DNA of 64,000 nucleotides. It comes from Ferruginibacter sp. (GTDB taxonomy: Bacteria; Bacteroidota; Bacteroidia; Chitinophagales; Chitinophagaceae). The translations under genes and the position numbers were made by a program. The stretch is from NCBI GenBank assembly GCA_039920245.1, contig JBDSEE010000120.1:27036-91035 (forward strand), written 5' to 3'. Positions 55,417 to 64,000 of this stretch are shown here, one piece after another. The stretch's first letter is position 1. Each line of letters begins with the position of its first letter. Below the pieces are notes generated by a model. That model saw nothing but the letters and a program-made list of their open reading frames with translations. It did no database searches and was not told where the DNA came from.

Positions 55417-55448
55417 AAAAAAAGCCATCCACTAAAAAGCAGATGGCT
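55417..55448 (-). terminator. Intrinsic terminator after the yceI-like gene
   Basis: AGCCATC...GATGGCT stem with an A tract on the plus strand. Confidence 0.65.
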
Positions 55449-55468
55449 CTAAGGCATTTATTAAGAAT

Positions 55469-56119
55469 TTATTTTTTCGTAGCTTTTAAATTAAGCTTAA
55501 TATTTACTGTTTTGCTTATAAACCAATCTTGGGGATTATTAGGTCCTTTATAATTCATCCCCCAACTTGTTCTGTCAATATTAAAATCTGCAGAAGCTAC
55601 AAGAGACCGGGAATCTATAGTAACCTTTGCAGGGAATGAAATATTTTTTGTGCTGTCTTTTAATGTAAGATTTCCTTTTATTAAGTGGGTGTAACCAGAA
55701 GCCTGGTTAGTACTATCAGCAATATAGGGTTCAACAGAAGTGATAGAAAAATTTGCAGTTGGGTATTTAGTTATGTCAAAAAAATCGGGACTTTTCAAGT
55801 GGCCTTCCAGCTTTCCTTTATTTTCCGGATCGGAAGATAGATCCACATCTGTCAGGCTGGTTATATCAATAACAAAATTTCCTGCGCTGATAGTAGCATC
55901 ATTAACAACTACATTCCCTTCCTTGATATTAAAATTGCCGGTATGTTTCCCTGTAGGTTTGCTTGCGGTCCAGCTTAGTGAAGAACTGCTATCAACGATA
56001 TAATGTTGACCATTGGCGCTTAATACTGCTTGTTTATCTGCTGTTTCAGATTTACTGTCTTTGTTATTACATGAGCTCAATATCAATAAAGCCGATGCAA
56101 AAAAGAAAAGGTTTTTCAT
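55469..56119 (-). CDS. YceI-family lipoprotein
   Basis: Lipobox LSS-C, HLKSPDFFD, GNLTLK and IDRTSWG. Start reassigned to ATG 56119. Confidence 0.9.
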   Translation of the reverse strand: MKNLFFFASALLILSSCNNKDSKSETADKQAVLSANGQHYIVDSSSSLSWTASKPTGKHTGNFNIKEGNVVVNDATISAGNFVIDITSLTDVDLSSDPENKGKLEGHLKSPDFFDITKYPTANFSITSVEPYIADSTNQASGYTHLIKGNLTLKDSTKNISFPAKVTIDSRSLVASADFNIDRTSWGMNYKGPNNPQDWFISKTVNIKLNLKATKK

Positions 56120-56183
56120 TGAAAAAATTTTGAGAAGCAAAGATAAGGTAAAAGTTATTAATTAATGTTTAAACATTAAAAAT

Positions 56184-57185
56184 TTATTTATAATACTGGC
56201 CGGATGGTATTTTGAAGATACGGCCCGATTGGAATTTACTAAACGATTCTGCTTCCCTCGCATGCATATTTATCCATGACTGGTAAGCAGATAAATTCTG
56301 TGAGGCACCAAAAAGCCATTGATTATAAGCTTCAAACAAGCCTTCCCTAAGCAATTGCTGTTGCTGTTCAAAAAGCCGGTATGGATATTTAGCATTTGTT
56401 TTATCATTATACCAATTCAGTATGAAACGGGTTCTTATCATGGACAACGATTCTGCATTTATTCCCGTCTCTGCAATAGGCATTTGCTTGTTCATGCCCT
56501 GCAGGTATTTTTTTACAAAAGCATTTTTGTCTTTGTTGCCTTGTTCCATATCTGCATCTGTATATATTTTTTTGTAGCTGTCTAAAAGAATTTGTTTTAT
56601 CTCGGGTGTGCGGGAACTCAATGGCTCCATGTTGACAAAAATTTCGCCGTATAAAATACTCCATACTTTATCTGTTGTGAGAAAATAGTACCGGGAAGCA
56701 TTGTAATAATTCTTGGAGTATGATGGATCCTGTTCTATTCCTTTTTCCCATTGTTTGATGGCTTCAAAATTTTTTTGTGACCATAGTAATTCACCCAGGT
56801 CGTTGTATAAAGGACCATTGTCAGGGAATTTTTTCAGGGCCTTCTTATATATTTTTTCTGCCTCCTTAGGCTCATCAGATTGCTTATAGATATTTCCTGC
56901 GATCTGGTAAGCCTGGTCATCTGCATCATCACGGTCAAGTAATAGTTTGATCGTTTCGAGTGCTTTGCCATTATCCTTTTGTAAATAATAACTGAGTGCC
57001 AGGTCTTTTATTATGGCGGCATTTTTTGGGTCAGATTGCAACGCCCGGTTCAATACAAGGATTGCATTTGAATAATCACCTTGCCTCAGAAAAGTTTTGC
57101 CAGTCTCATGCAGTTGTTTATTATCCTGTGCAGTGGTAAAAACAAAAGCAAAAATTACAAAAGGGAGTAGAAAGATTTTTTTCAT
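56184..57185 (-). CDS. Exported tetratricopeptide repeat protein
   Basis: Signal peptide followed by several TPR-like helical repeats. Confidence 0.85.
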   Translation of the reverse strand: MKKIFLLPFVIFAFVFTTAQDNKQLHETGKTFLRQGDYSNAILVLNRALQSDPKNAAIIKDLALSYYLQKDNGKALETIKLLLDRDDADDQAYQIAGNIYKQSDEPKEAEKIYKKALKKFPDNGPLYNDLGELLWSQKNFEAIKQWEKGIEQDPSYSKNYYNASRYYFLTTDKVWSILYGEIFVNMEPLSSRTPEIKQILLDSYKKIYTDADMEQGNKDKNAFVKKYLQGMNKQMPIAETGINAESLSMIRTRFILNWYNDKTNAKYPYRLFEQQQQLLREGLFEAYNQWLFGASQNLSAYQSWINMHAREAESFSKFQSGRIFKIPSGQYYK

Positions 57186-57276
57186 TTGGAACTCATTTGT
57201 TTAACCTATGCTTTTTGCATGAAAAATAAATTGCCGTGTTTTCGTATTTCTCAATTTTTTAGAATGCTTAAAGATA

Positions 57277-57307
57277 AAAAAAGAGGCGATGTAACAACGG
57301 CCTCTTG
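57277..57307 (-). terminator. Intrinsic terminator after DUF1015
   Basis: AAGAGGC...GCCTCTT stem with an A tract on the plus strand. Confidence 0.6.
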
Positions 57308-57335
57308 AAAAAGAATATCTTAATTAAACATTAAA

Positions 57336-58565
57336 TTAATCTATAAGATGCGTAAGTAATCCATCTCTCAGCTTTGGTTCAAACCAGGTGCTTTTTGGCG
57401 GCATCACGTTTCCACTGTCTGCTACATCAAATAATTGTTGTATGCTCACGGGGTAAAGGCTAATTGCAAGTTTCATTTCTCCACTGTCCACTCTTTTCTC
57501 CAATTCTTCCATACCTCTAATGCCACCTACAAAATCAATCCGCTTATCTGTTCTTTGATCTTTAATATTCAAAACTGGTTCCAGTATCAGTTCCTGCAAA
57601 ATATTGATATCAAGCACACCTAAAACATCTTCCTTAAATGTGCCTGGCTTTGCCACAAGTTTATACCATTGCTTGTCCACATAAATACCGAACTCATGTA
57701 AGGATGCAGGTTTAAATGCATCAGCCTTTTTTTCAATTCGAAAATTTTGCTCAAGCGCTTTAATAAATTCTTCTGTTGATAATCCGTTCAGGTCTTTTAT
57801 TACCCTGTTGTAATCCATTATCTGCAATTGATTGCTGGGAAATAAAGTTGTTAGAAAATAATTACCATTTTCTGAAGTAACCATGCCGGATTCATTTCTA
57901 ACCTTAGCGGCCGAAGCTGCCCTGTGATGCCCGTCGGCAATAAAACTAGCCGGCACGTACTTTTTAAAGAGCTTGCTAATATTTTGTATCGCTTCGGCAT
58001 CACTTACGATCCAGATTGTATGTTGCACACCATCATCAGATATGAAATCATACTGGGGACTTTTTTGTTCGATCCAGTTATTGAAAAGATTGTCAATCTC
58101 AGGTACATTTTTATAAGCAAGAAATACATTGCCCGTTTGTGCGCCGGTCGTTTTAATATGATTAATGCGATCTAATTCTTTTTCCGGCCGGGTAAATTCA
58201 TGTTTCTTTATCAGGCCATTATCATAATCATCCAGCGAACTTACGCATACCAGCCCAGCCTGGCTACGACCGTTCATAGTGAGTCGGTAAATATAATAGC
58301 AAGGTTTATTTTCTCTGAATAAAATGTTGCGGCTTATAAATGCTGATAGATTTTCTTTTGCCTTTTCATAAACTTCCTGTGAATGAATATCGGTGTTTTC
58401 TGCTAAGCCAATTTCACTTTTCGTGATGTGTAAAAATGAACGGGGATTTCCCTGCGCTTCTACTCGTGCTTCTTTCCTATTAAGCACATCATAGGGTCTT
58501 GATGCAACTTCTTTTGCAAGTTGTGGCTCTGGCCTTAATGCTTTAAAGGGTTGTATTGTAATCAT
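57336..58565 (-). CDS. DUF1015 family protein
   Basis: SRPYDV, IKKHEFTRPEKE, IADGHHR and MPPKSTWFEPKL. Confidence 0.92.
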   Translation of the reverse strand: MITIQPFKALRPEPQLAKEVASRPYDVLNRKEARVEAQGNPRSFLHITKSEIGLAENTDIHSQEVYEKAKENLSAFISRNILFRENKPCYYIYRLTMNGRSQAGLVCVSSLDDYDNGLIKKHEFTRPEKELDRINHIKTTGAQTGNVFLAYKNVPEIDNLFNNWIEQKSPQYDFISDDGVQHTIWIVSDAEAIQNISKLFKKYVPASFIADGHHRAASAAKVRNESGMVTSENGNYFLTTLFPSNQLQIMDYNRVIKDLNGLSTEEFIKALEQNFRIEKKADAFKPASLHEFGIYVDKQWYKLVAKPGTFKEDVLGVLDINILQELILEPVLNIKDQRTDKRIDFVGGIRGMEELEKRVDSGEMKLAISLYPVSIQQLFDVADSGNVMPPKSTWFEPKLRDGLLTHLID

Positions 58566-58628
58566 AACTGCAAATTCATAAAAAGGGAGGCAAAGATACA
58601 GGCATCTAATCCACTTAACATGCTAAAT

Positions 58629-59687
58629 TCAATTATTAAAATCTCTCATCGCTTTCACCAATACCTCCACACTACTTAAAGGCAACGCGTTATATAAGGA
58701 TGCCCTGAAACCGCCAACACTGCGATGTCCTTTGATACCAACAATATTGTATTTTTTAGTGTGGGTAAGAAATTCTTTTTCAAGAGATTCATTTTCCATA
58801 ACAAAACAAACATTCATTTTACTTCGGTCCTTCGTTTCTACAGTGCCGGTAAATAAAGGGTTTCTATCTATTTCCTTATGGAGCATTTCTGCTTTTGCAT
58901 TATTTATTTTTTCTATTGCGGCAACGCCGCCTTGCTCCTTAAGCCACCTTAACGTAAGCATACACACGTACACAGCAAATACCGGCGGCGTATTCAGCAT
59001 ACTTCCTTCTTTAATATGGTTTCGATAATCCATTATAGTTGGTAAGACTCTTTTCACTTTGCCTAATATGTTTTTATTTACTACAACAAGGTTTACGCCA
59101 GCTGGTCCCATGTTTTTTTGCGCCCCGGCATATATCAGGTCAAACCTGTTAAAGTCCAGCTCCCTGCTGAAAATATCACTACTCATATCTGCAACCAACG
59201 GGATACTGCTATGCGGAATTTGTTGCCATTGACTACCATAAATGGTATTGTTGGTAGTAATGTGTAAATACTTTGCATCGTTTGGTATAGCAAAATCATT
59301 AGGGATATAGGTATAATTTTTATCGGCAGATGAACACACAATTTCTACCTTACCAAAAAGCTTTGCTTCTTTTATAGCTTTAATGCTCCACACGCCGGTA
59401 TCGGTATAGGCTGATGTTTCTTTGCTGTCCAGCAGATTCATAGGTACCTGCATGAATTGGGTAGATGCGCCGCCATGTAGAAATAAAACTTCATGATCAT
59501 GATCAAGTTGCATTAGGTCTCTCACCAGGTTCCTGGCTTCTTCCATTACTGCAGTAAACTCAGGCGTTCTGTGGCCGAACTCGAGAATAGATAGCCCTGT
59601 ATTGTCGAAGTTTAAGATTGAAGCTGCCGCCTGTTCAAAAACTGTTTTTGGCAGAATGGATGGGCCTGCATTAAAATTATGTATCAC
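58629..59687 (-). CDS. serC: Phosphoserine aminotransferase
   Basis: NFNAGPSILP, DMSSD, YAGAQKNMGPAG and GHRSVGGFRASLYNA; GTG start. Confidence 0.97.
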   Translation of the reverse strand: MIHNFNAGPSILPKTVFEQAAASILNFDNTGLSILEFGHRTPEFTAVMEEARNLVRDLMQLDHDHEVLFLHGGASTQFMQVPMNLLDSKETSAYTDTGVWSIKAIKEAKLFGKVEIVCSSADKNYTYIPNDFAIPNDAKYLHITTNNTIYGSQWQQIPHSSIPLVADMSSDIFSRELDFNRFDLIYAGAQKNMGPAGVNLVVVNKNILGKVKRVLPTIMDYRNHIKEGSMLNTPPVFAVYVCMLTLRWLKEQGGVAAIEKINNAKAEMLHKEIDRNPLFTGTVETKDRSKMNVCFVMENESLEKEFLTHTKKYNIVGIKGHRSVGGFRASLYNALPLSSVEVLVKAMRDFNN

Positions 59688-59795
59688 GTCTTTAGTTAGA
59701 TTTTTAAAAATTAAGTCTTTTAATAACCAAGGATCATTTTGTCAATAGTGAATGCCTGTTTCTTCCTGGTCAATTAACGCATTATCAATTATCCA

Positions 59796-60764
59796 TTATT
59801 CTTCCTCCCTTCCAATCATCTTTGCCCCTGCTTTCCATTTGCTATTTAGCGTTTCAAATTCTTTTGTATCTGCTTCAGAAAAACTTTGATTCACCAGGCC
59901 TTTCAAATCAGGCTGGCCGGCATTTATCCATGCTGTGTACCAGAATGATGCTATTGCCCCAATTGATTGACGCATTCTTCGCTCTATCATACCATCCAGC
60001 TTTTTGTTGAAGGCAATGGTAAAGGCAGATGAATATTGTCTTATAATAACCCCGTTCCTTTCTTCAAAAGAAAATTTCTGATCTGCCGGAAATTGTTTGC
60101 TGAGTTCTCTTTCAAAATTCAGTACGCTATCACTTGCCTTTGCACTTTCCAATACTCTTGCCCATATAAAGTCACCAGGATTTTTTATGTAAGTAGCCTT
60201 ACCAATAAAAAAGTCCCATTCTTTTTCTGCCAGCAATTCGGGCACCCGGCTTTCCCAGAATCCATGTATACCTTTCTGATTGGTAAATTGCCCGTTGTGA
60301 TTGCTGTTGGCGTGTAATGGCACATGTGCATCGGCAATATAATGGCCCAGTTCAGCGCTGTTTTTCATTATACGGCTAAAGTTCTTTTCCTTAAAAGCAC
60401 TTGTTAGCCTTGCCAGCATTACCTGCACATGCCAGGGAACAATTCCTTGTGACATTAAGGTATCTAAAGAATATTTGGCAACAGCACTATCCCATTTCCT
60501 TGGCAATGCATCAAAGGGGTATTTACCATAATAATCAATATCTATAAAATGACGTGGCCCTTCATCTTTTACTGCATATCGTCTTTTATCAGGGTCAATT
60601 GCATGCTCAGATATAAAACTGATATTAGGTTTATACAATGCCATCATCTCAGGTGGCAGCAGGAATACAGCATAATAATTAATTTTTTGGTGGGCATAAA
60701 ATCCCCAGCAAAAGCATTGAATGAAGCTGAGTAACAGAGCTGAAGTGATAAGTATTTTTTTCAA
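59796..60764 (-). CDS. Zn-dependent phospholipase C / S1-P1 nuclease family protein
   Basis: Signal peptide then WGFYAH, GHYIADAHVPLH and HGFWES. Confidence 0.85.
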   Translation of the reverse strand: MKKILITSALLLSFIQCFCWGFYAHQKINYYAVFLLPPEMMALYKPNISFISEHAIDPDKRRYAVKDEGPRHFIDIDYYGKYPFDALPRKWDSAVAKYSLDTLMSQGIVPWHVQVMLARLTSAFKEKNFSRIMKNSAELGHYIADAHVPLHANSNHNGQFTNQKGIHGFWESRVPELLAEKEWDFFIGKATYIKNPGDFIWARVLESAKASDSVLNFERELSKQFPADQKFSFEERNGVIIRQYSSAFTIAFNKKLDGMIERRMRQSIGAIASFWYTAWINAGQPDLKGLVNQSFSEADTKEFETLNSKWKAGAKMIGREEE

Positions 60765-60794
60765 AGTTGATTTTATATGCGTTAAAGATAACGA

Positions 60795-61406
60795 TCAATG
60801 GATATCTTCAGTTACATGAGTTACGCCGCCACTCACAGCAAATTTCATGGTCTGTGCACTGCTGATATGTTCAATTGGTTTCACCCTTTCTTTTGGGATC
60901 ACATATACATTACCTGCAACTGAATAAGCCATAGGAATATAAACTGCCACATAATCAGTTAAACCAAAATCACCCATATTTTCATTAGTAATAAAACCAA
61001 GACGCCATACATCATTATCATCTACATTGGCCAATACATTTTTTGTGAACTTTTTTTTATCCCCTGCAAAAGCTTCAAAAAAATCACGTGTGGTGGTATA
61101 TATATGCTTAATGCCTGGAGTTTTTTGCATGAGCCGATCCATAAAACTTACGATGCGGCTGGTGATAAAGAACGAGCTAAAATATCCCAGGATAATGATC
61201 GCAGCAATGATAATAATGAATCCAACGCCATAGTTCTGCACGTGAACCGTTCCTTTTTCATCTGCAAAAGTAAAAATTGGGATCCACCCATCAATTGTAG
61301 ATACTACAAAATAGAGAGCATAAACTGTAATAGTGATTGGTGCCAATATTAATAAGCCCTGCAGGAAATATTGTAAGAGCCTTTTATAATCAAATGGTTT
61401 TTCCAT
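60795..61406 (-). CDS. DUF502 family membrane protein
   Basis: FLQGLL..API.IT, VYIPMAY..AG and MKFAVSGG; ATG 61406 preferred. Confidence 0.88.
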   Translation of the reverse strand: MEKPFDYKRLLQYFLQGLLILAPITITVYALYFVVSTIDGWIPIFTFADEKGTVHVQNYGVGFIIIIAAIIILGYFSSFFITSRIVSFMDRLMQKTPGIKHIYTTTRDFFEAFAGDKKKFTKNVLANVDDNDVWRLGFITNENMGDFGLTDYVAVYIPMAYSVAGNVYVIPKERVKPIEHISSAQTMKFAVSGGVTHVTEDIH

Positions 61407-61510
61407 GACTAACAAATTTTAAAAACAAAGATAATTGAAGCGGGAACTTTACTCGGTCAAATCTTATACTCAGGGCCAGGTTTTCTTTAGGATGAATGGT
61501 AAAAAAACTT

Positions 61511-61550
61511 TATGGAAACTTTGGTCACATAAAAAGTTTCCGTAGTTTTG
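61511..61550 (+). promoter_or_regulatory. TetR operon promoter with overlapping inverted-repeat operator
   Basis: TATGGAAACTTT-N10-AAAGTTTCCGTA overlapping TTTG (-33) and TAGTTTTG (-7, exact TAnnTTTG). Confidence 0.75.
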
Positions 61551-61559
61551 CATCTCATC

Positions 61560-62198
61560 ATGGCAGAAATAGAAATCAAAGATCGGATACAATTAGCGGC
61601 ACATGATCTTGTAATGCAATACGGGATTCGTAGTGTGAGCATGGATGATATAGCTACCCAACTTGGTATGAGCAAAAAAACCATTTACCTGTATTTTAAG
61701 GATAAGGATGAGTTGGTAGAAGCGGTAGTGGTTGCGGTGCTTAATAAAAATCAACATGCCTGCACCCAGGACAGGGATAAAGCGGAAAATGCGGTTCATG
61801 AAGTTTTTCTCGCCATGGATATGATGGTTGAAATGTTCAGCTCTATGAATCCATCTATCATTTTTGACATGCAGAAATACCACCCGGCAGCTTTTCAAAA
61901 ATTCCTGGCGCATAAAAATGAATTCCTGTACAATACAATGAAACACAACCTTGAGAGAGGTGTGGCGGAAGAACTCTATCGCCCGGAGATCAATGTAGAA
62001 CTGATGGCAAGATTTAGGGTGGAAAGCATGTTGCTACCATTCAATCCTGAGTTTTTGCGTAAAGTAAAATGTAACCTGCTGGAAGTGGAGCAACAGGTCA
62101 TTACCCACTGGGTGTACGGCCTGGTTACCAGCAAAGGCTACAAAATGGTTTTAAAATATATTCAGCAAAGAGAAAAAGAACTTGCAGGCAAAAAGTAA
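61560..62198 (+). CDS. TetR/AcrR-family transcriptional regulator
   Basis: GIRSVSMDDIATQLGMSKKTIYLYFKDKDEL HTH; ATG 61560 preferred. Confidence 0.95.
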   Translation: MAEIEIKDRIQLAAHDLVMQYGIRSVSMDDIATQLGMSKKTIYLYFKDKDELVEAVVVAVLNKNQHACTQDRDKAENAVHEVFLAMDMMVEMFSSMNPSIIFDMQKYHPAAFQKFLAHKNEFLYNTMKHNLERGVAEELYRPEINVELMARFRVESMLLPFNPEFLRKVKCNLLEVEQQVITHWVYGLVTSKGYKMVLKYIQQREKELAGKK

Positions 62199-62225
62199 AA
62201 TATAAAGAGAACAGAAAAAATTATT

Positions 62226-63569
62226 ATGAAAACAGTTTTGAAAAGAGGTCTTGTTTTTACATGTCTCAGTTTGGTCACACAATTTATAGTTGCACAGTCG
62301 GTCAATGAATTTACTATACAACAGGCCGCAGATTATGCTATTAAAAATTCGGTGCAGGTGCGTAATGCTTTGCTGGATCTAAGAATTCAACAGCAGACAA
62401 ACAGGGAGATAACATCAGCAGCATTTCCTCAGATAAATGGCTCTGCCAATTTGAATGACTACCTGGAAATACCTACAAGCCTCATTCCGGCCGAATTTGC
62501 TGGTGGCGCTCCTGGTACTTACATTCCCCTGAAGTTTGGTACCAAGTATAATACCACTGCCGGTGTGGATATTTCCCAACTTTTATTTGATGGGCAAGTT
62601 TTTGTTGGCCTGCAGGCACGCAAGGCAGCCTTACAATTTTATACAAAGCAAGCAGATGTAACTGCAGAAATGATAAAGGTTAACGTGATGAAGATCTATT
62701 ATCAGTTGGTAGTAGGCAGGCAGCAAATGACGTCAATAGATGCTAACATAACCCGTTTTCAAAAATTATTGAATGACACAAAAGAGATTTACAAAAATGG
62801 CTTTGCAGAAAAACTGGATGTTGATAAAGTGAATGTACAGTTGAACAATTTACTCACCGAAAAAATAAAAATAGAAAATCAATTGGAAGCAGGCATGGCA
62901 GGATTAAAGTTTTTGATGAATATGCCACAGGCAGAAAAGCTTGTATTGAAAGATACCTTATCTGAGGACCAGGTAAAAAGCAATTTGCTCGATGCGTCAT
63001 ATCAGCATGAGAATCGTAAAGAATACCAGCTTTTGCAAATAGCACAGGAATTAAATAAATACAATATCAAAAGATATAAATTAAGTTACCTGCCAACCCT
63101 TTCTGTATTTGGAAATTATAGTAAAAATGCACAGCGCAAAGATTTCAGTTTTGCAAAAACCGGCAGTGATTATCCATGGTTCACCACGGCTCTTGTAGGC
63201 GTTCGATTGCAGGTGCCTATTTTCGATGGGTTTGCAAAAGCAGCCAGGATAAGCAAAGCAAAGCTAGAACTGGAGAAAACTACAAACAACATAGAACAAT
63301 TAAAATCATCTATTGACAATGATGTTGCACAAGCACGCCTGAAAATTTCATCGGCGCTGGCCACCATGGATAACCAAAGAAAGAATATGCAACTGGCAGA
63401 ACAGGTATTTAATTCAACCAAACTTAAATATGAACAGGGCCTTGGCAGCAACCAGGAAATATATAATGCACAGACAGAATTAAAGGTTGCACAAAACAAT
63501 TATTACAGTTCATTGTACGATGCTATTATCTCTAAAATTGATTTCCAGAAAGCCACCGGGACTTTATAA
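62226..63569 (+). CDS. TolC-family outer-membrane efflux protein
   Basis: Signal peptide, two OEP repeats, YLPTLS and VPIFDG. Confidence 0.93.
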   Translation: MKTVLKRGLVFTCLSLVTQFIVAQSVNEFTIQQAADYAIKNSVQVRNALLDLRIQQQTNREITSAAFPQINGSANLNDYLEIPTSLIPAEFAGGAPGTYIPLKFGTKYNTTAGVDISQLLFDGQVFVGLQARKAALQFYTKQADVTAEMIKVNVMKIYYQLVVGRQQMTSIDANITRFQKLLNDTKEIYKNGFAEKLDVDKVNVQLNNLLTEKIKIENQLEAGMAGLKFLMNMPQAEKLVLKDTLSEDQVKSNLLDASYQHENRKEYQLLQIAQELNKYNIKRYKLSYLPTLSVFGNYSKNAQRKDFSFAKTGSDYPWFTTALVGVRLQVPIFDGFAKAARISKAKLELEKTTNNIEQLKSSIDNDVAQARLKISSALATMDNQRKNMQLAEQVFNSTKLKYEQGLGSNQEIYNAQTELKVAQNNYYSSLYDAIISKIDFQKATGTL

Positions 63570-63638
63570 AAAATTAACCAACTAACATAAGGAATGAAAA
63601 GAGCCTTCATGGCGAATTCATAACAATAAAAAAGACAA

Positions 63639-64000
63639 ATGAAAAAGATAACCAAACTGTTTACGCTTAGTTCACTTGTGTTGTTACTGGCATCATGCAG
63701 TAACAGTAAGAAAGACAGCAATGCAGAACTGAATGATAAAAAAGTAAAGTTGGAAAAATTAAAGACAGAAAAAACCGGCCTTGATGAAAAGATTCAAACT
63801 TTGCAAGCAGAGATCGATAAAATTGATACGAGTGCAGCCAATGCTTCCAAGGTAAGGCTTGTAGCAGTTCAGCAAGTGAGTTCACAGAACTTCCAGCATT
63901 TTTTAGACCTGCAAGGAAAAGTTGATGCAGAAAATATTTCATACATATCACCACGTATGGGTCCTGCACAGGTAAAAGCTGTTTATGTAAAAGAAGGCCA
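63639..64000 (+). CDS. RND efflux periplasmic adaptor (MFP) lipoprotein, 3'-truncated by the window edge
   Basis: Own translation: MKKITKLFTLSSLVLLLAS-C, a coiled coil, then FQHFLDLQGKVDAEN...VKAVYVKEG. Not in the ORF track because it has no stop. Confidence 0.9.
   Translation, partial: MKKITKLFTLSSLVLLLASCSNSKKDSNAELNDKKVKLEKLKTEKTGLDEKIQTLQAEIDKIDTSAANASKVRLVAVQQVSSQNFQHFLDLQGKVDAENISYISPRMGPAQVKAVYVKEG

Noticed and set aside
63594-63623. 9-codon ORF (MKRAFMANS) before the efflux adaptor gene
   Set aside because: Too short, with no attenuator structure; expected by chance.
1496-63969. Many short overlapping or antisense ORFs in the six-frame track (for example 1496-1783, 3947-4282, 10606-11100, 46050-46433, 63667-63969)
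   Set aside because: They lie in the shadow of well-supported genes, have no recognisable motifs and show atypical composition.
1-64000. tRNA, rRNA, CRISPR array, IS element or REP-like repeat family
   Set aside because: I saw no cloverleaf, rRNA signature, regularly spaced repeats, transposase or terminal inverted repeats by eye; tRNAscan and Infernal were not run.

Overview
A 64-kb AT-rich chromosomal window from a Bacteroidota bacterium. Gene content suggests Chitinophagaceae (inference). I found no rRNA, tRNA, CRISPR array, transposase or prophage. Bases 0.6-25.4 kb form a stress-survival island: topoisomerase IB, Ku, a split LigD, TamB plus a lipidated TamA-like Omp85, YtxH, ferritin-like and YihY genes, an NtrC-type sigma54 activator and a hybrid kinase. 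Its intergenic regions repeatedly carry sigma54-like -24/-12 boxes and an 18-bp palindrome, TGWRGA-N6-TCYWCA. The same motif pair precedes an unannotated ~60-nt terminator-ended RNA whose 5' end is complementary to an ATG-AAA-AA start region. LigD can be rejoined by a -1 shift at an A10 run. The rest holds rho, envelope and hydrolase genes, an SOS locus (UmuD-like with catalytic Lys replaced by Arg, UmuC, CTAA-N5-TTAG boxes, degenerate 2H phosphoesterase, radical SAM), a 12-kb PAS-rich two-component cluster, serC-DUF1015 and a TetR-TolC-MFP efflux operon. All family calls are from motif recognition, not database searches.
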